Shown here: positions 29,815 to 39,759 of the stretch, in pieces
Layout of the letters: each line of letters opens with the position of its first letter
Numbering within the stretch: position 1 is the stretch's first letter
Assembly (NCBI GenBank): GCA_963813025.1
Contig: CAWEXO010000011.1
Span: forward strand, 1-64,000
Direction of reading: 5' to 3'
Length of the DNA stretch: 64,000 bases
Source of the DNA: an uncultured Verrucomicrobiae bacterium
GTDB taxonomy: Bacteria > Verrucomicrobiota > Verrucomicrobiia > Chthoniobacterales > JAFAMB01
The notes under the pieces: generated by a model
Told to the model about the DNA's origin: nothing
The model's database searches: none
What the model saw: the letters and a program-made list of their open reading frames with translations, nothing else
Position numbers and translations under genes: made by a program

Positions 29815-30099
29815 TCAGGATTGCGGTTTCCGTGCGCGATAAACCAGTGGCCCAGCGGAGGTGTAGACGATCGAGATATCAGCCTCCGAATCAATGGGCG
29901 GAAGCCTGAAGGCAGCCATCAGTGCTCTGGCGATTTGTCGCCCGACAGACGCGGAGTGATTTGCTCGGAATGAAGGCCTGTTCTCCTGCTGGCTGGCGAG
30001 TGCTGCCAGGATGATCGAGGTCGCGGGAGATTTGGGCGGTACGCCGCTGTATTCGATCGGCAACGTGTGCGGAGTCGATTGGAAGGCAAAGATGTTCAC
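29815..30099 (-). CDS. Hypothetical ~94-aa protein, paralog of 19685-19957
   Basis: GVPPKSPATSIILAALAS and ISIVYTSAGPLVYR; GAGG RBS upstream; hairpin at 29793-29809 just after the stop. Confidence 0.7.
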   Translation of the reverse strand: MNIFAFQSTPHTLPIEYSGVPPKSPATSIILAALASQQENRPSFRANHSASVGRQIARALMAAFRLPPIDSEADISIVYTSAGPLVYRARKPQS

Positions 30100-30318
30100 G
30101 GTTTGTCCTCGTTTTACTTTTTTTCGGGGCTGCTGATCTCTGGAGAACAGCAGCCGGCGATTGGTACTAAGGAACCGGGCTCTTCCAGTTTCAGGAATTT
30201 CGGTTTTCTGCTTCCAAGGTGTTAGATGCGCTGGAGCAGCCGCGGAAAGAGATCATGCCGGGTGAGTGCGAAGGCTCGAATGAAGAGCCTGTCTCGCAAC
30301 CGCCGAAGACCCCACGAT

Positions 30319-30444
30319 CGGTAGGGCGAAAATTCATTCGAGCGCCAGGCGAGAACTTGTTTGAGCCGCCTTTGGATGGTGGCAGCTCGAACGTCCGACT
30401 CAAACGAGTCTTCGCTAATGCTCGGATAAATTTTCGCCCTACCG
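30319..30444. repeat. REPIN-like long hairpin (GTAGGGCG family), copy 1
   Basis: cggtagggcgaaaatt...aattttcgccctaccg with an internally paired body; copy at 56132-56260 and half copy at 40987-41031. Confidence 0.85.
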
Positions 30445-30564
30445 GCACAGGGCCAAGAACGTTTTGCCAGACACGGGCTAATTCTTTGCCCTGCTGGCGC
30501 CAAGCCAAGCCGCCGCGCTTGACAAATTTAACCATCCGCGTTTCGTCTATGGCCTTTCCCCAGC

Positions 30565-31512
30565 ATGATCACCGTAGAGAAGTTGACCAAAAACTTCGGT
30601 CCCAAGCCGGCAGTTGATCATCTTAGCTTCCACGTATCGCGTGGAGAAATCCTCGGCTTCCTCGGACCAAACGGCGCCGGTAAATCGACTAGTATGCGGA
30701 TGATCACCGGTTTTCTCGCGCCCACCGGCGGAAAGGTCTCTGTCTGCGGCTTCGATGTTGTCGAACAGCCGCTCGAAGCAAAACGCCGGATAGGTTATCT
30801 GCCGGAAAATGCTCCAATCTACAGCGATATGTCCGTCCGTGGCTTTCTCGGTTTCTGCGCGGAAATTCGCGGCTTGTTCGGTTCAGCAAAAAAACAGGCG
30901 ATCGACCGGGTGGTCGACCTTTGTTTTCTGGAATCGGTACTTCGACAAAGCGTCGATACGCTTTCCAAAGGATATCGGCATCGCACCTGTCTGGCCCAGG
31001 CGCTCATCCACGATCCAGAGGTCTTGATCATGGACGAGCCGACCGATGGCCTCGATCCGAATCAAAAGCATGAAGTCCGCTCACTGATCAAACGGATGGG
31101 TCCGGAAAAAGCCATAGTCTTTTCGACCCACATTCTCGAAGAAGTCGATGCGGTGTGTACGCGGGCACTGATCATTGACCGGGGTCGCATCGTGGCCAAC
31201 GGCACGCCGGAAGAGCTTCGCGCCACTGCCGCGCAAGCCGGAAGCATTGTTTTAGGTGTCCACAGCCTCCGATGGAGTGAGCTCGAACCGCAGCTGCAGA
31301 AGCTACGGCGTCTGGCGAAGGCGGAACTGACATCCGACGACGCTGGCGGGAGTACCGTCGTCCGGCTACAACCAAAAGGAGACCTTTTACCTGAGCTGAT
31401 GGAGACGGTGGCCCGCAGCGGATGGAAGATTGCTCACCTCAGTGTCGAAGAAGGTCGGCTGGACGAAGTGTTCCGGTCACTCACCCATCCCGATACCAAA
31501 AGAATCGCATGA
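30565..31512 (+). CDS. ABC transporter ATP-binding protein (GldA-like)
   Basis: GPNGAGKST, LSKGYRHR, MDEPTDGLDP. Confidence 0.93.
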   Translation: MITVEKLTKNFGPKPAVDHLSFHVSRGEILGFLGPNGAGKSTSMRMITGFLAPTGGKVSVCGFDVVEQPLEAKRRIGYLPENAPIYSDMSVRGFLGFCAEIRGLFGSAKKQAIDRVVDLCFLESVLRQSVDTLSKGYRHRTCLAQALIHDPEVLIMDEPTDGLDPNQKHEVRSLIKRMGPEKAIVFSTHILEEVDAVCTRALIIDRGRIVANGTPEELRATAAQAGSIVLGVHSLRWSELEPQLQKLRRLAKAELTSDDAGGSTVVRLQPKGDLLPELMETVARSGWKIAHLSVEEGRLDEVFRSLTHPDTKRIA

Positions 31513-32240
31513 GGACAGCGTGGACGATCGCCAAACGAGAACTGAACGCCTATTTCAGTTCACCCGTAGCCTACGTTTTCATTGTGATCTTTCTGCTGCT
31601 AGCCGGCTTTTTCACTTTTATGGTCGGCCGGTTTTTTGAGCGCGGCGTGGCCGATCTCACTCCTTTTTTTGTCTGGCATCCCTGGCTCTATCTTTTTCTG
31701 GTGCCGGCGGCGGGGATGCGCCTCTGGTCGGAGGAATATCGGCTCGGTACCGTCGAATTGCTGTTCACCATGCCCGTCACGCCCTGGCAAGCAATTCTTG
31801 GGAAATTTATCGCCAGTTGGCTCTTCCTCGCGATCGCTTTGTTTCTGACTTTTCCAATCGTTATCACAGTAGCTTATCTCGGCCGCCCGGATTTCGGTCC
31901 AATCATTGCCGGTTACGTCGGGAGCTTCCTGCTCGCGGGCAGCTTCCTCGCGATTTCATCGCTTACCTCTTCGCTCACCCGAAACCAGGTCGTCAGTTTT
32001 GTCCTGGCGGTGGTTGCCTGTTTGTTCCTGGTGCTCTGCCGTTGGCCGCCGATAACCGACACGGTCGTAAACTGGGCGCCGGCATGGCTGATCGACACAT
32101 TGGCGGGAATCGGAGTCATGACGCACTTTGACGGCTTTCAGCGTGGCGTCATCGACACTCGCGACCTGATCTTTTTTCTCAGCGTGATCATCTTTTTCCT
32201 TTTCACCACAAGTGTGGTTCTTCGGGCCCGGCGCGCATGA
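31509..32240 (+). CDS. ABC-2 type permease (GldF-like)
   Basis: KRELNAYFSSPVAY, MRLWSEE..GTVELL, SSLTRNQV; ATGA overlap. Confidence 0.9.
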   Translation: MRTAWTIAKRELNAYFSSPVAYVFIVIFLLLAGFFTFMVGRFFERGVADLTPFFVWHPWLYLFLVPAAGMRLWSEEYRLGTVELLFTMPVTPWQAILGKFIASWLFLAIALFLTFPIVITVAYLGRPDFGPIIAGYVGSFLLAGSFLAISSLTSSLTRNQVVSFVLAVVACLFLVLCRWPPITDTVVNWAPAWLIDTLAGIGVMTHFDGFQRGVIDTRDLIFFLSVIIFFLFTTSVVLRARRA

Positions 32241-34141
32241 AAAAAAACTGGCTGTATTCGATTATCGGCATTGTTGCCCTGCTGGTGATCCTGGTGGCGA
32301 TCAACGTGCTCGGCAACGTCCTCAAGCTCCGATCAGACCTGACGCAGCACCATCTATACACCCTCTCGGACGGCACTCGCAGAATTCTGGATAAGATCGA
32401 CTCCGACGTCGAAATCCGGTTTTACTTCAGCAAAGACAACGCGTCCATGCCGGTACCGCTCCGGACCTATGCTCAGCAGGTGCAAGATCTTCTCGCCGAG
32501 TATGAGCAAGCGGGTCACGGGCACATCAAGATCAAAAAACTCGATCCAAAACCGGACTCCGACGCCGAGGATTCCGCGAATCTGGATGGGATCGAGGGAC
32601 AGACGACAAATTTGAGCGACCGGGTTTACCTGGGCCTGGCGGTGAGCAGCCTCGACGCGAAAGCCACGATCCCTTTTTTGAGCCCGGATCGGGAGCACCT
32701 GCTGGAGTACGATATCTCGCGCGCCATTTCGAGCGTGATCAACCCGAAGAAAGCGGTGATCGGCGTAATGAGCCCGTTGCCCGTAGTGGGCCAATCTTCC
32801 CCAATGATGATGATGCAGCGGCAACAAGCCAGCGGGCCGTGGGTCTTCCTCAGCGAGCTGAAAGAGAACTACCAAGTGCAGAGTGTCCCGCTGACCACCG
32901 ATAAAATTGCTGACAACATCTCGGTGCTTTTGCTGGTGCACCCCAAAGGGCTGACTGAACAGGCACAGTACGCGATCGATCAATTCGTCTTACGCGGCGG
33001 CCGGTTAGTCGCCCTGCTGGATCCTGTTTCGTTTGTCGACATGCAGTTGAGCGGCCAAGGCGGCATGATGGGCGGTGAAAGTTTTTCGTCTAACTTCCCA
33101 AAGCTGTTGAGTGCCTGGGGCCTCACTTTTACGCAAAACCAGGTCGTGGGAGATGAATTGTTTGCTACGCAGATCCAACGTGAGGAGGGCGGCTCATCGT
33201 CCCCCGACCCAACCATTCTTTCGGTAACCCGTGAAGGTATTAACCAGAAAGACCCGCTTGGCGCGGCCACTTCCGACCTCTTGCTTCCATTCTGCGGAGC
33301 CTTCACCGGCCACGCTGCACCGGACCTGAAGGAAGAGACGTTGATCACTTCCAGCGCGAAAGCCGGCCTCGTCGACGCGATGGCAGCACAGATGGGCGCC
33401 GATGCGGTGCGGAAAAGTCTCCAGGCAAAGAATAAGTATACGCTTGGTTTGCGTCTGACCGGCAGATTCAAGACCGCTTTTCCCAACGGAGAACCCGCCG
33501 CGCCAAAGGACACGAATCCATCAAGCACCCCCGCGGCCAATCCGACTCCCTCTCCGGCAGCGGCTCCCGGGCTGAAGGAAGGCAAGGCAGATGCGGTCGT
33601 TATTCTGGTCGGCGATTCAGATTTCGTCTACGACGGAATCGCTGGCCGGGTCGAAAACGCCTTGAATCAAACAGTGTTTGTCCCAGCCAATGGCAATCTG
33701 AATTTCATTGAAAGCTGTCTCGAGGAACTAGCCGGTGACTCCAATCTCATCGGCATCCGCAGCCGAGGGACGGCGAACCGGCCGTTTATCGTGGTCAACA
33801 AGTTGGAGGCGGCGGCGGAGCAGAAATATCAGAGCAAGATCAATCAATTGGAAACCAATCTGACCGAAACGCGCGAAAAACTTTCAGAAATTCAGTCGGG
33901 GAAACAAGCGGATCAGAAGACAGTGCTCTCGCCGGAGCAACAAGCGGAGATCAAGAAATTCCAGGAGACCGAGGCAACCACTAATCGTGAGCTGAAACAG
34001 GTGCGAAAAGATCTACGCCAGGAGATAAACTCTCTGCAGAATAACCTCAAATGGATCAACCTGCTGGCGATGCCGCTCGCGGTCACTTTGCTCGGCTTGG
34101 TGCTAGCCGGCGTGAAACAACGCAACCGGGCTGCTCGATGA
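32237..34141 (+). CDS. GldG-like ABC-transporter auxiliary component
   Basis: DLTQHHLYTLSDGT, LEYDISRAI, DQFVLRGG, VGDSDF; N- and C-terminal TM helices. Confidence 0.88.
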   Translation: MKKNWLYSIIGIVALLVILVAINVLGNVLKLRSDLTQHHLYTLSDGTRRILDKIDSDVEIRFYFSKDNASMPVPLRTYAQQVQDLLAEYEQAGHGHIKIKKLDPKPDSDAEDSANLDGIEGQTTNLSDRVYLGLAVSSLDAKATIPFLSPDREHLLEYDISRAISSVINPKKAVIGVMSPLPVVGQSSPMMMMQRQQASGPWVFLSELKENYQVQSVPLTTDKIADNISVLLLVHPKGLTEQAQYAIDQFVLRGGRLVALLDPVSFVDMQLSGQGGMMGGESFSSNFPKLLSAWGLTFTQNQVVGDELFATQIQREEGGSSSPDPTILSVTREGINQKDPLGAATSDLLLPFCGAFTGHAAPDLKEETLITSSAKAGLVDAMAAQMGADAVRKSLQAKNKYTLGLRLTGRFKTAFPNGEPAAPKDTNPSSTPAANPTPSPAAAPGLKEGKADAVVILVGDSDFVYDGIAGRVENALNQTVFVPANGNLNFIESCLEELAGDSNLIGIRSRGTANRPFIVVNKLEAAAEQKYQSKINQLETNLTETREKLSEIQSGKQADQKTVLSPEQQAEIKKFQETEATTNRELKQVRKDLRQEINSLQNNLKWINLLAMPLAVTLLGLVLAGVKQRNRAAR

Positions 34142-35286
34142 AACGACAACACTTGTTGGCCCTCGTAATCGTTGCCGCTGTCTTGGCCACGGCCGGTATC
34201 GTTTACCAGCTTATCCGTTCGCAGTCGTGGAACGACGCGAGCGCTGATCGCCGCGTCCTGCCCGATTTACCGGTCAATAATGTCGCGATCATTTCGGTAA
34301 AAACTGGGGGTCAAACTCTCACCCTGAAGAATGAACAAGGTACCTGGCGCGTGATGGACCGGCACGGCTATCCCGCTGATTTCCAGAAGATCCGGGATCT
34401 GCTTCGCTCTCTTTGGGAATTGAAGGCTGGTCAAGTCACTCATGCCGGTCCGGCGCAACATGCTCGTCTGCACATCGAGAAGCCAGGGAGTGCTCCAGCC
34501 GATGGGACCGGCACGGAGATCGATCTCACCTCGGCCGATAATCAATTGCTGGGAAGCCTGATCATCGGAAAAGCGATGGAGCAATCAGGAGATACGGGAC
34601 CAGCTGGACGCTTCGTTTTTAATCCAAAGCAAGGTGACCAGGTGGACTTGGTAACGGACTCTTTTTCCTCAATCGATCCGTTAGTGATCGGTCCCTGGCT
34701 CGACAAGACTTTCTTCTCGGCCGACAACCTGAAAGAGGTGACACAAACCGGACTCAATGAATCCTGGACGCTCTCTCGGTCCGATCCGAAGGCCGATTGG
34801 AAATTGGAAAACGCCGGTCCGGCCGATTCATTGGACAAGGCGTTTACCGCCAATCTGGCTAATTTTAATCCAAGTTTTACGGATGTTCGAACCGCTGATA
34901 CTCCGCCTTCTGAGACTAGTCTCGCCCAGCCGATCACCGTTGATCTGAAAACGTTCGACGGTTTCGAGTACAAACTCTTGCTCGGCAAGGAAGGTCCCGG
35001 CAGCACCCGCTATTTGCGCGTGAATGTCAGCGCGCAATTCCCGGAGCAACGTCCGCCCGAGCCAAATGAGAAACCGGAAGACAAGGCGAAGAAAGACAAG
35101 GCGTTCGCCGAGAACTTGGCCAAGCTGAAAGAGCGTCTCGCGCGGGAGCAGCATTTACAATCGTGGATCTACCTCGTCTCCGATTGGAGCTTGGAGCCAT
35201 TCTTGAAGCGCCGGACCGAGATTATCGCTCACCCGACTCCGTCACCCGCGCCCTCTTCCGCCGCTACCCCGGCTGTACCGCGATAG
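34138..35286 (+). CDS. DUF4340-domain protein
   Basis: N-terminal anchor, W...GYPAD motif; usual fourth gene of Gld-like ABC operons. Confidence 0.75.
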   Translation: MKRQHLLALVIVAAVLATAGIVYQLIRSQSWNDASADRRVLPDLPVNNVAIISVKTGGQTLTLKNEQGTWRVMDRHGYPADFQKIRDLLRSLWELKAGQVTHAGPAQHARLHIEKPGSAPADGTGTEIDLTSADNQLLGSLIIGKAMEQSGDTGPAGRFVFNPKQGDQVDLVTDSFSSIDPLVIGPWLDKTFFSADNLKEVTQTGLNESWTLSRSDPKADWKLENAGPADSLDKAFTANLANFNPSFTDVRTADTPPSETSLAQPITVDLKTFDGFEYKLLLGKEGPGSTRYLRVNVSAQFPEQRPPEPNEKPEDKAKKDKAFAENLAKLKERLAREQHLQSWIYLVSDWSLEPFLKRRTEIIAHPTPSPAPSSAATPAVPR

Positions 35287-35343
35287 AAGAGACCTTTGTC
35301 CTCGCGGGAGGGCGAGAGGGCGACTGGGCAACCTTAGTTAGCC

Positions 35344-35450
35344 GTAGCGCCGACGGCCCCGTCGGTACTCCGGTGCAGGCCGAAATCGGGGGGGTGAAGC
35401 GCACGGGCCTCGTCGCGCCTCCGAGATACCGACGAGGCCGTCGGCGCTAC
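35344..35450. repeat. REPIN: inverted pair of GTAG-type REPs
   Basis: gtagcgccgacggccccgtcggta (35344-35367) and taccgacgaggccgtcggcgctac (35427-35450). Confidence 0.85.
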
Positions 35451-35533
35451 GGTCCTGGCCACCCCTTCGCCCTCTCGCTCGATTTATCTCTTCGCCGAAC
35501 CGGCGTTGGATATATTCTACTACTTCTCAAAGC

Positions 35534-36805
35534 GTGAACACCCGGCTCGTCAATCAATTCTACAGCCAGTTTGACTACGCCTCGCGCGAGCCGCGCGGAA
35601 TCGACGACTTTCGCACCCCTTTTCAGACCGATCGAGACCGGATCATTTACAGCTCGGCTTTCCGCCGTCTTCAGGCGAAGACCCAGGTCTTCGTTTCCGG
35701 CGAATTCGATTTCTATCGAACACGCCTGACGCACTCCCTTGAGGTCGCTCAGATCGGCCGCTCAATTTGCTCCTTTCTCAGACAGACCTCTCCCACATTG
35801 AACGACGGGTTCTTTATTGATCCTGATCTGGTCGAGGCGGTTTGCCTTACCCATGATATCGGTCATTCGCCTTTCGGGCACGCTGGTGAACGGACCTTGC
35901 ACGAGTTGATGGAGTCCTTTGGCGGCTTCGAAGGCAACGCGCAAAGTCTCCGCATTATTACCGAAACGATTTACCCGGGAGCCGAGGCCCGGCGAGGGAT
36001 GAATCCGACTCGGGCGTTTGTCGACGGGATTTTGAAATACAAACGTCTTTTTCGCGAAGATCCGTCTGCGCAAAACCATTTCATCTATTCCGAACAAGAA
36101 CAGTTTCGTGAGTTCGTTCTGGATTCGGTGAGTCCGGCAGATATCGGCGAACTGAACGATTTCCGGAGTGTCGAGTGTGAAATTATGGATTGGGCCGACG
36201 ACACGGCTTATTGCCTGAATGACCTGGTCGACAGCATCAATGCCGGATTTCTGCCCGCGGAACGTCTGGAGCGGTGGGCCGAGACGCAGAGTCTGTCGCG
36301 TGAATCGGCCCAACTGATTGAGCACATCCTGTCCGCGATCCGCGAGCGCAAGGCGGAGGCCCGGTTCAGCCGGCGAATCGGTCTCTTTATTCGATCAACC
36401 TCGCTCATCGAGCGTTCCAACCCACTGAGTTTCCGTACGCACAGGTACCGTTTCGGCCTTTTTGTTGATCCGGCGATCCGGGCTGAAGCTGACCTTTACA
36501 AAAAAGTATCTCAGGATCTCGTCTTTGATCACTCGCAACTGCACCAACTGCAGCGGAAAAGCCACATCATTCTCGAAGGCATTTTTCGCGCTTTCGCCGA
36601 AAGTTACTTGGAGAAAAGTCGCTCCGGATCTTCGCTCCGTCTGTTGCCGGAAGGCTTCGATCAAATCCTCCGGTCAAAGTCCGACGCGGCCAGTCGAGCC
36701 CGAATCATCTGCGATTACCTGGCCGGAATGACGGACGGTTTTGCAATTCGGACTTATCGGCGCTTATACGATCCAGAGTTCGGCTCTGTCATGGGGCTCG
36801 GCTAA
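35534..36805 (+). CDS. dgt: dGTP triphosphohydrolase (HD domain)
   Basis: DRDRIIYSSAFRRLQAKTQV, RTRLTHSLEV, HDIGHSPFGHAGE, FEGNAQ, DYLAGMTD. Confidence 0.93.
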   Translation: MNTRLVNQFYSQFDYASREPRGIDDFRTPFQTDRDRIIYSSAFRRLQAKTQVFVSGEFDFYRTRLTHSLEVAQIGRSICSFLRQTSPTLNDGFFIDPDLVEAVCLTHDIGHSPFGHAGERTLHELMESFGGFEGNAQSLRIITETIYPGAEARRGMNPTRAFVDGILKYKRLFREDPSAQNHFIYSEQEQFREFVLDSVSPADIGELNDFRSVECEIMDWADDTAYCLNDLVDSINAGFLPAERLERWAETQSLSRESAQLIEHILSAIRERKAEARFSRRIGLFIRSTSLIERSNPLSFRTHRYRFGLFVDPAIRAEADLYKKVSQDLVFDHSQLHQLQRKSHIILEGIFRAFAESYLEKSRSGSSLRLLPEGFDQILRSKSDAASRARIICDYLAGMTDGFAIRTYRRLYDPEFGSVMGLG

Positions 36806-36895
36806 GTGCCAGTGCTAGTTGCAACCGATAGGACCTTTAGGACCTATAGCACGGACAGGCCGTGCCGACCGCAAACTCAACTGTCCTTGTTTCAT

Positions 36896-38032
36896 ATGAT
36901 CGCAAAAGATAGCTCTCCTTCCGTTCTCCCCCATCCCGAGAATCCGCTCTCTGAGAGAGCCGTTCGACTCGGCTACGTCGGTTGCGGCTTCATGGCGCAG
37001 AACGTCCATCTGCCGAATTTTGCTGCACTGGAGAATTGCGAGTTGATTGCTCTTGCCGAAAAGCGTCCGTCACTCGCGAGAAAGGTGGCGGCGCGCTATG
37101 GAATTCCCACAACCTACAATCATCATTCTGAACTGGCTGAGGATTTCAACATTGACGCAGTGGCACTCTCCGCAGGGTACGCCGAGCAGGGAGAGATCGC
37201 GGCTGATCTGCTCGAAGCCGGGAAACACGTGTTCATGGAGAAGCCGATGGCGGTTTCCCTGAACCAAGCGCATCGAATTCTGGAAGGGGCTCGCTCGACT
37301 GGGGCTCGGTTAATGATTGCCTACATGAAGCGTTATGACGCGGGCAACGTGCTCTTGCGGGACACCATCGATCGCTGGAAGAGCGATAAACAAATGGGTG
37401 AAATCCTGTATGCGCGAAATCACGGGTTTTGCGGTGACTGGTTAGCTGCTTTGGAACCGAATCTGCTAATCACTACCGATGAAGTATTGGAGCGTGTTTC
37501 TCCACTAGATCGGTTGCCGCCATGGCTACCGCAAGAAAAGGCATCTGCGTACATCGCCTACCTGCAGCAGTATTCTCACAATATAAATCTGCTACGTTAC
37601 TTGTTAGGAGCTGAGGAGATTGAGCAGGTCAGGGTCGAGAGCGTTAGTCTCGACGAGAATGGTTTGATTGTTGTTGTTGTGCTCAACCTCGCAAACGTTC
37701 GCTGCGTGATCGAGAGCGCCAATACGGATTTTCACGCTTGGGACGAACATACGCAGGTTTACTTTCAGCGAGGCTGGTTGAAGACCGTGGTGCCTCCGGC
37801 ATTCAATAGATCCGCCTATTCGGAGGTGGAAATTTACGAACGCGGATCCGTTCCGTCTTATACTTATCCGGTCCCGGCGCCACTTCCGATGTGGCATTAC
37901 CGGGAAGAAGCCCGGCACTTCGTGACCGCTCTCCGCACCGGCGCCGCGTTTCGGTCCAGCGGTGAAGACGCGCTCCTCGATGTTTGGCTCAACGAGGAGA
38001 TCTACAAACGATTTGTCGGAATCCGAGCATAA
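36896..38032 (+). CDS. Gfo/Idh/MocA-family oxidoreductase
   Basis: GYVGCG, GKHVFMEKP, AYMKRYD. Confidence 0.9.
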   Translation: MIAKDSSPSVLPHPENPLSERAVRLGYVGCGFMAQNVHLPNFAALENCELIALAEKRPSLARKVAARYGIPTTYNHHSELAEDFNIDAVALSAGYAEQGEIAADLLEAGKHVFMEKPMAVSLNQAHRILEGARSTGARLMIAYMKRYDAGNVLLRDTIDRWKSDKQMGEILYARNHGFCGDWLAALEPNLLITTDEVLERVSPLDRLPPWLPQEKASAYIAYLQQYSHNINLLRYLLGAEEIEQVRVESVSLDENGLIVVVVLNLANVRCVIESANTDFHAWDEHTQVYFQRGWLKTVVPPAFNRSAYSEVEIYERGSVPSYTYPVPAPLPMWHYREEARHFVTALRTGAAFRSSGEDALLDVWLNEEIYKRFVGIRA

Positions 38033-38053
38033 ACACAGGAGCACGGAACGTCA

Positions 38054-39373
38054 TTATCCAATCCCGTATTGTTCTTGCACAAAGGGGAGCAAACCTGCCT
38101 GCTTCAGGGCGGTGAGGGGTGCCAGGAAGGTCACTTGGACGACGCCCGGATGCCGGCCAATCTCGATCCCTCCAGTAATCGTTGCCCGGTTCATTATTTC
38201 CGCCACGCTCATCGATAATAGCTCCGCCGCCCGACGGAGACCGACTTGAGTCGCCCGGTTCAAGTCCGGACCGGATCCTACCACCGAGATAGGCGCCGAT
38301 TCCTCGATCTGGCCGACTCCCCATTTATCCGCTAGCCGGCGTGCTTTCGCTTTTTCAATGTCGTTGAATGGGCGAGCCAAAGGCGGCAGATCCTCGACGA
38401 GTGGGAAAAGCACCGGCCCTTCCAGCGTTCGCCCTTTTAAGACATCGACTTCCAATGTCACCGTTCCGGAAACATCCATCGTGTGGCCGGCGATTTCACC
38501 GTCGCCCTGGAGCGCATGCATATCGCCGAAGTAAATGCCGGCTCCAGCCACCTTGACCGGCGCCAGGAGAATCGCGCCCGGCCGGACCGCATCGATATCC
38601 ATGTGCCCGTCAGTTCGCAGTTCGAGCTGCTCGGCGGTGATCGCATATTCATGCGGAGCGTCAACTAACGCAGAGCCGAAATCTCCGGCATTGTGGGAAT
38701 CGGGCATTCGAATACCCGGAGTTGTTCCGAGTTGACCAAGGAATGGCCGCAGCCTGGCGGCAACGCCAACGAGATCATGCGGAGCAAATGTAAGAATCGA
38801 ATGCTGCGCCGAACTCTCCGGTAATGCGGCAAACTGGTTGGCAGAATGAGCAATCCGTTCGGCCGCTTCTTGCGGGACCGTAACCCCGACCTGTCGCGCG
38901 TCGTCAAAGACCACGGTATAGCCGTGCACGATTTGAAAGGGAGTGACGGGGGTATTGCATTTCACGCAGCGAACCGCTTGTTGACCGATTCCTTCCACAT
39001 ACGTCTCGGGGTAGAGCGTCCCGCAACTCGGACAACGAGGCGCCGCGTAAGGATCTCCCAGATAATGGCCTTCCACCCATCGATCGTGACCCGAGGCGGT
39101 TGCGACCGAAGTGACATTGATCTCGCGAATCCGCAGAATAACCGCGTCTCCTGGCATGGCTCCTTCCACGAATACCGGACGGGTCACTTCGTGACCGCCG
39201 CGGATTTTGGGGGTAATCATCGGACCCCAACATCCCGGCGCCGTGTTACCCATGATCGTTCCACCGGGCACTAAGGGACCGAGCATCGGTTGAGCAGGAT
39301 TCAGGATACCGTCAGTCAATTCCGAAACGAACACTGTCCGTCTCGCTCTGGTCTCAGCTTGCGAGGGATTCAT
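38054..39373 (-). CDS. Acetamidase/formamidase-family protein
   Basis: GGHEVTRPV.VEGA..GD, DGHMD, GDMHALQGDGEI; internal CxxC...CxxC. Confidence 0.88.
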   Translation of the reverse strand: MNPSQAETRARRTVFVSELTDGILNPAQPMLGPLVPGGTIMGNTAPGCWGPMITPKIRGGHEVTRPVFVEGAMPGDAVILRIREINVTSVATASGHDRWVEGHYLGDPYAAPRCPSCGTLYPETYVEGIGQQAVRCVKCNTPVTPFQIVHGYTVVFDDARQVGVTVPQEAAERIAHSANQFAALPESSAQHSILTFAPHDLVGVAARLRPFLGQLGTTPGIRMPDSHNAGDFGSALVDAPHEYAITAEQLELRTDGHMDIDAVRPGAILLAPVKVAGAGIYFGDMHALQGDGEIAGHTMDVSGTVTLEVDVLKGRTLEGPVLFPLVEDLPPLARPFNDIEKAKARRLADKWGVGQIEESAPISVVGSGPDLNRATQVGLRRAAELLSMSVAEIMNRATITGGIEIGRHPGVVQVTFLAPLTALKQAGLLPFVQEQYGIG

Positions 39374-39555
39374 GATTCTAGTCCTTTGTTTGGGGATGAG
39401 CGGAAGCCAGCTGGCGCCGTCGTGGGGAGACGACCCCAATTGGCTTGATCCGCCGAATGATTCTAAAAGATTCCTCTTCTTTGTGTACTGTCTTGAGAAT
39501 TCGATCAATTTGGCAAGGATTTTCATGCCGCGACGATTTTGCCCTCGGGTTAAGG

Positions 39556-39660
39556 CGCACGGCCTCGTGCGTCACCGCCCGGGATACGAACGAGGCCGTC
39601 CGCGCTACGCGAGTGCGCGCACGTGAGCCTTTTTGGCAGCCGGATAATTTCGAGCACGAG
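39556..39660. repeat. REP-containing ~100-bp repeat, direct copy at ~40838-40937
   Basis: gatacg(a/g)acgaggccgtccgcgctacgc followed by shared gtgcgc...gcagccggata..ttcgagc; the two copies flank the isomerase gene. Confidence 0.75.
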
Positions 39661-39759
39661 CACGATTTGGACGCGGCCCGCCGCCGCTGTGATCTTCTGT
39701 TCAAATCTCCGGCGAGCTTTGCTCGGTTTTCAAGCAGATGATAATGGCGGCGCGACCTC

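Noticed and set aside
35534..36805. dGTPase as an anti-phage defence gene
   Set aside because: Ordinary Dgt-like sequence among housekeeping and transport genes, with no defence-island context.
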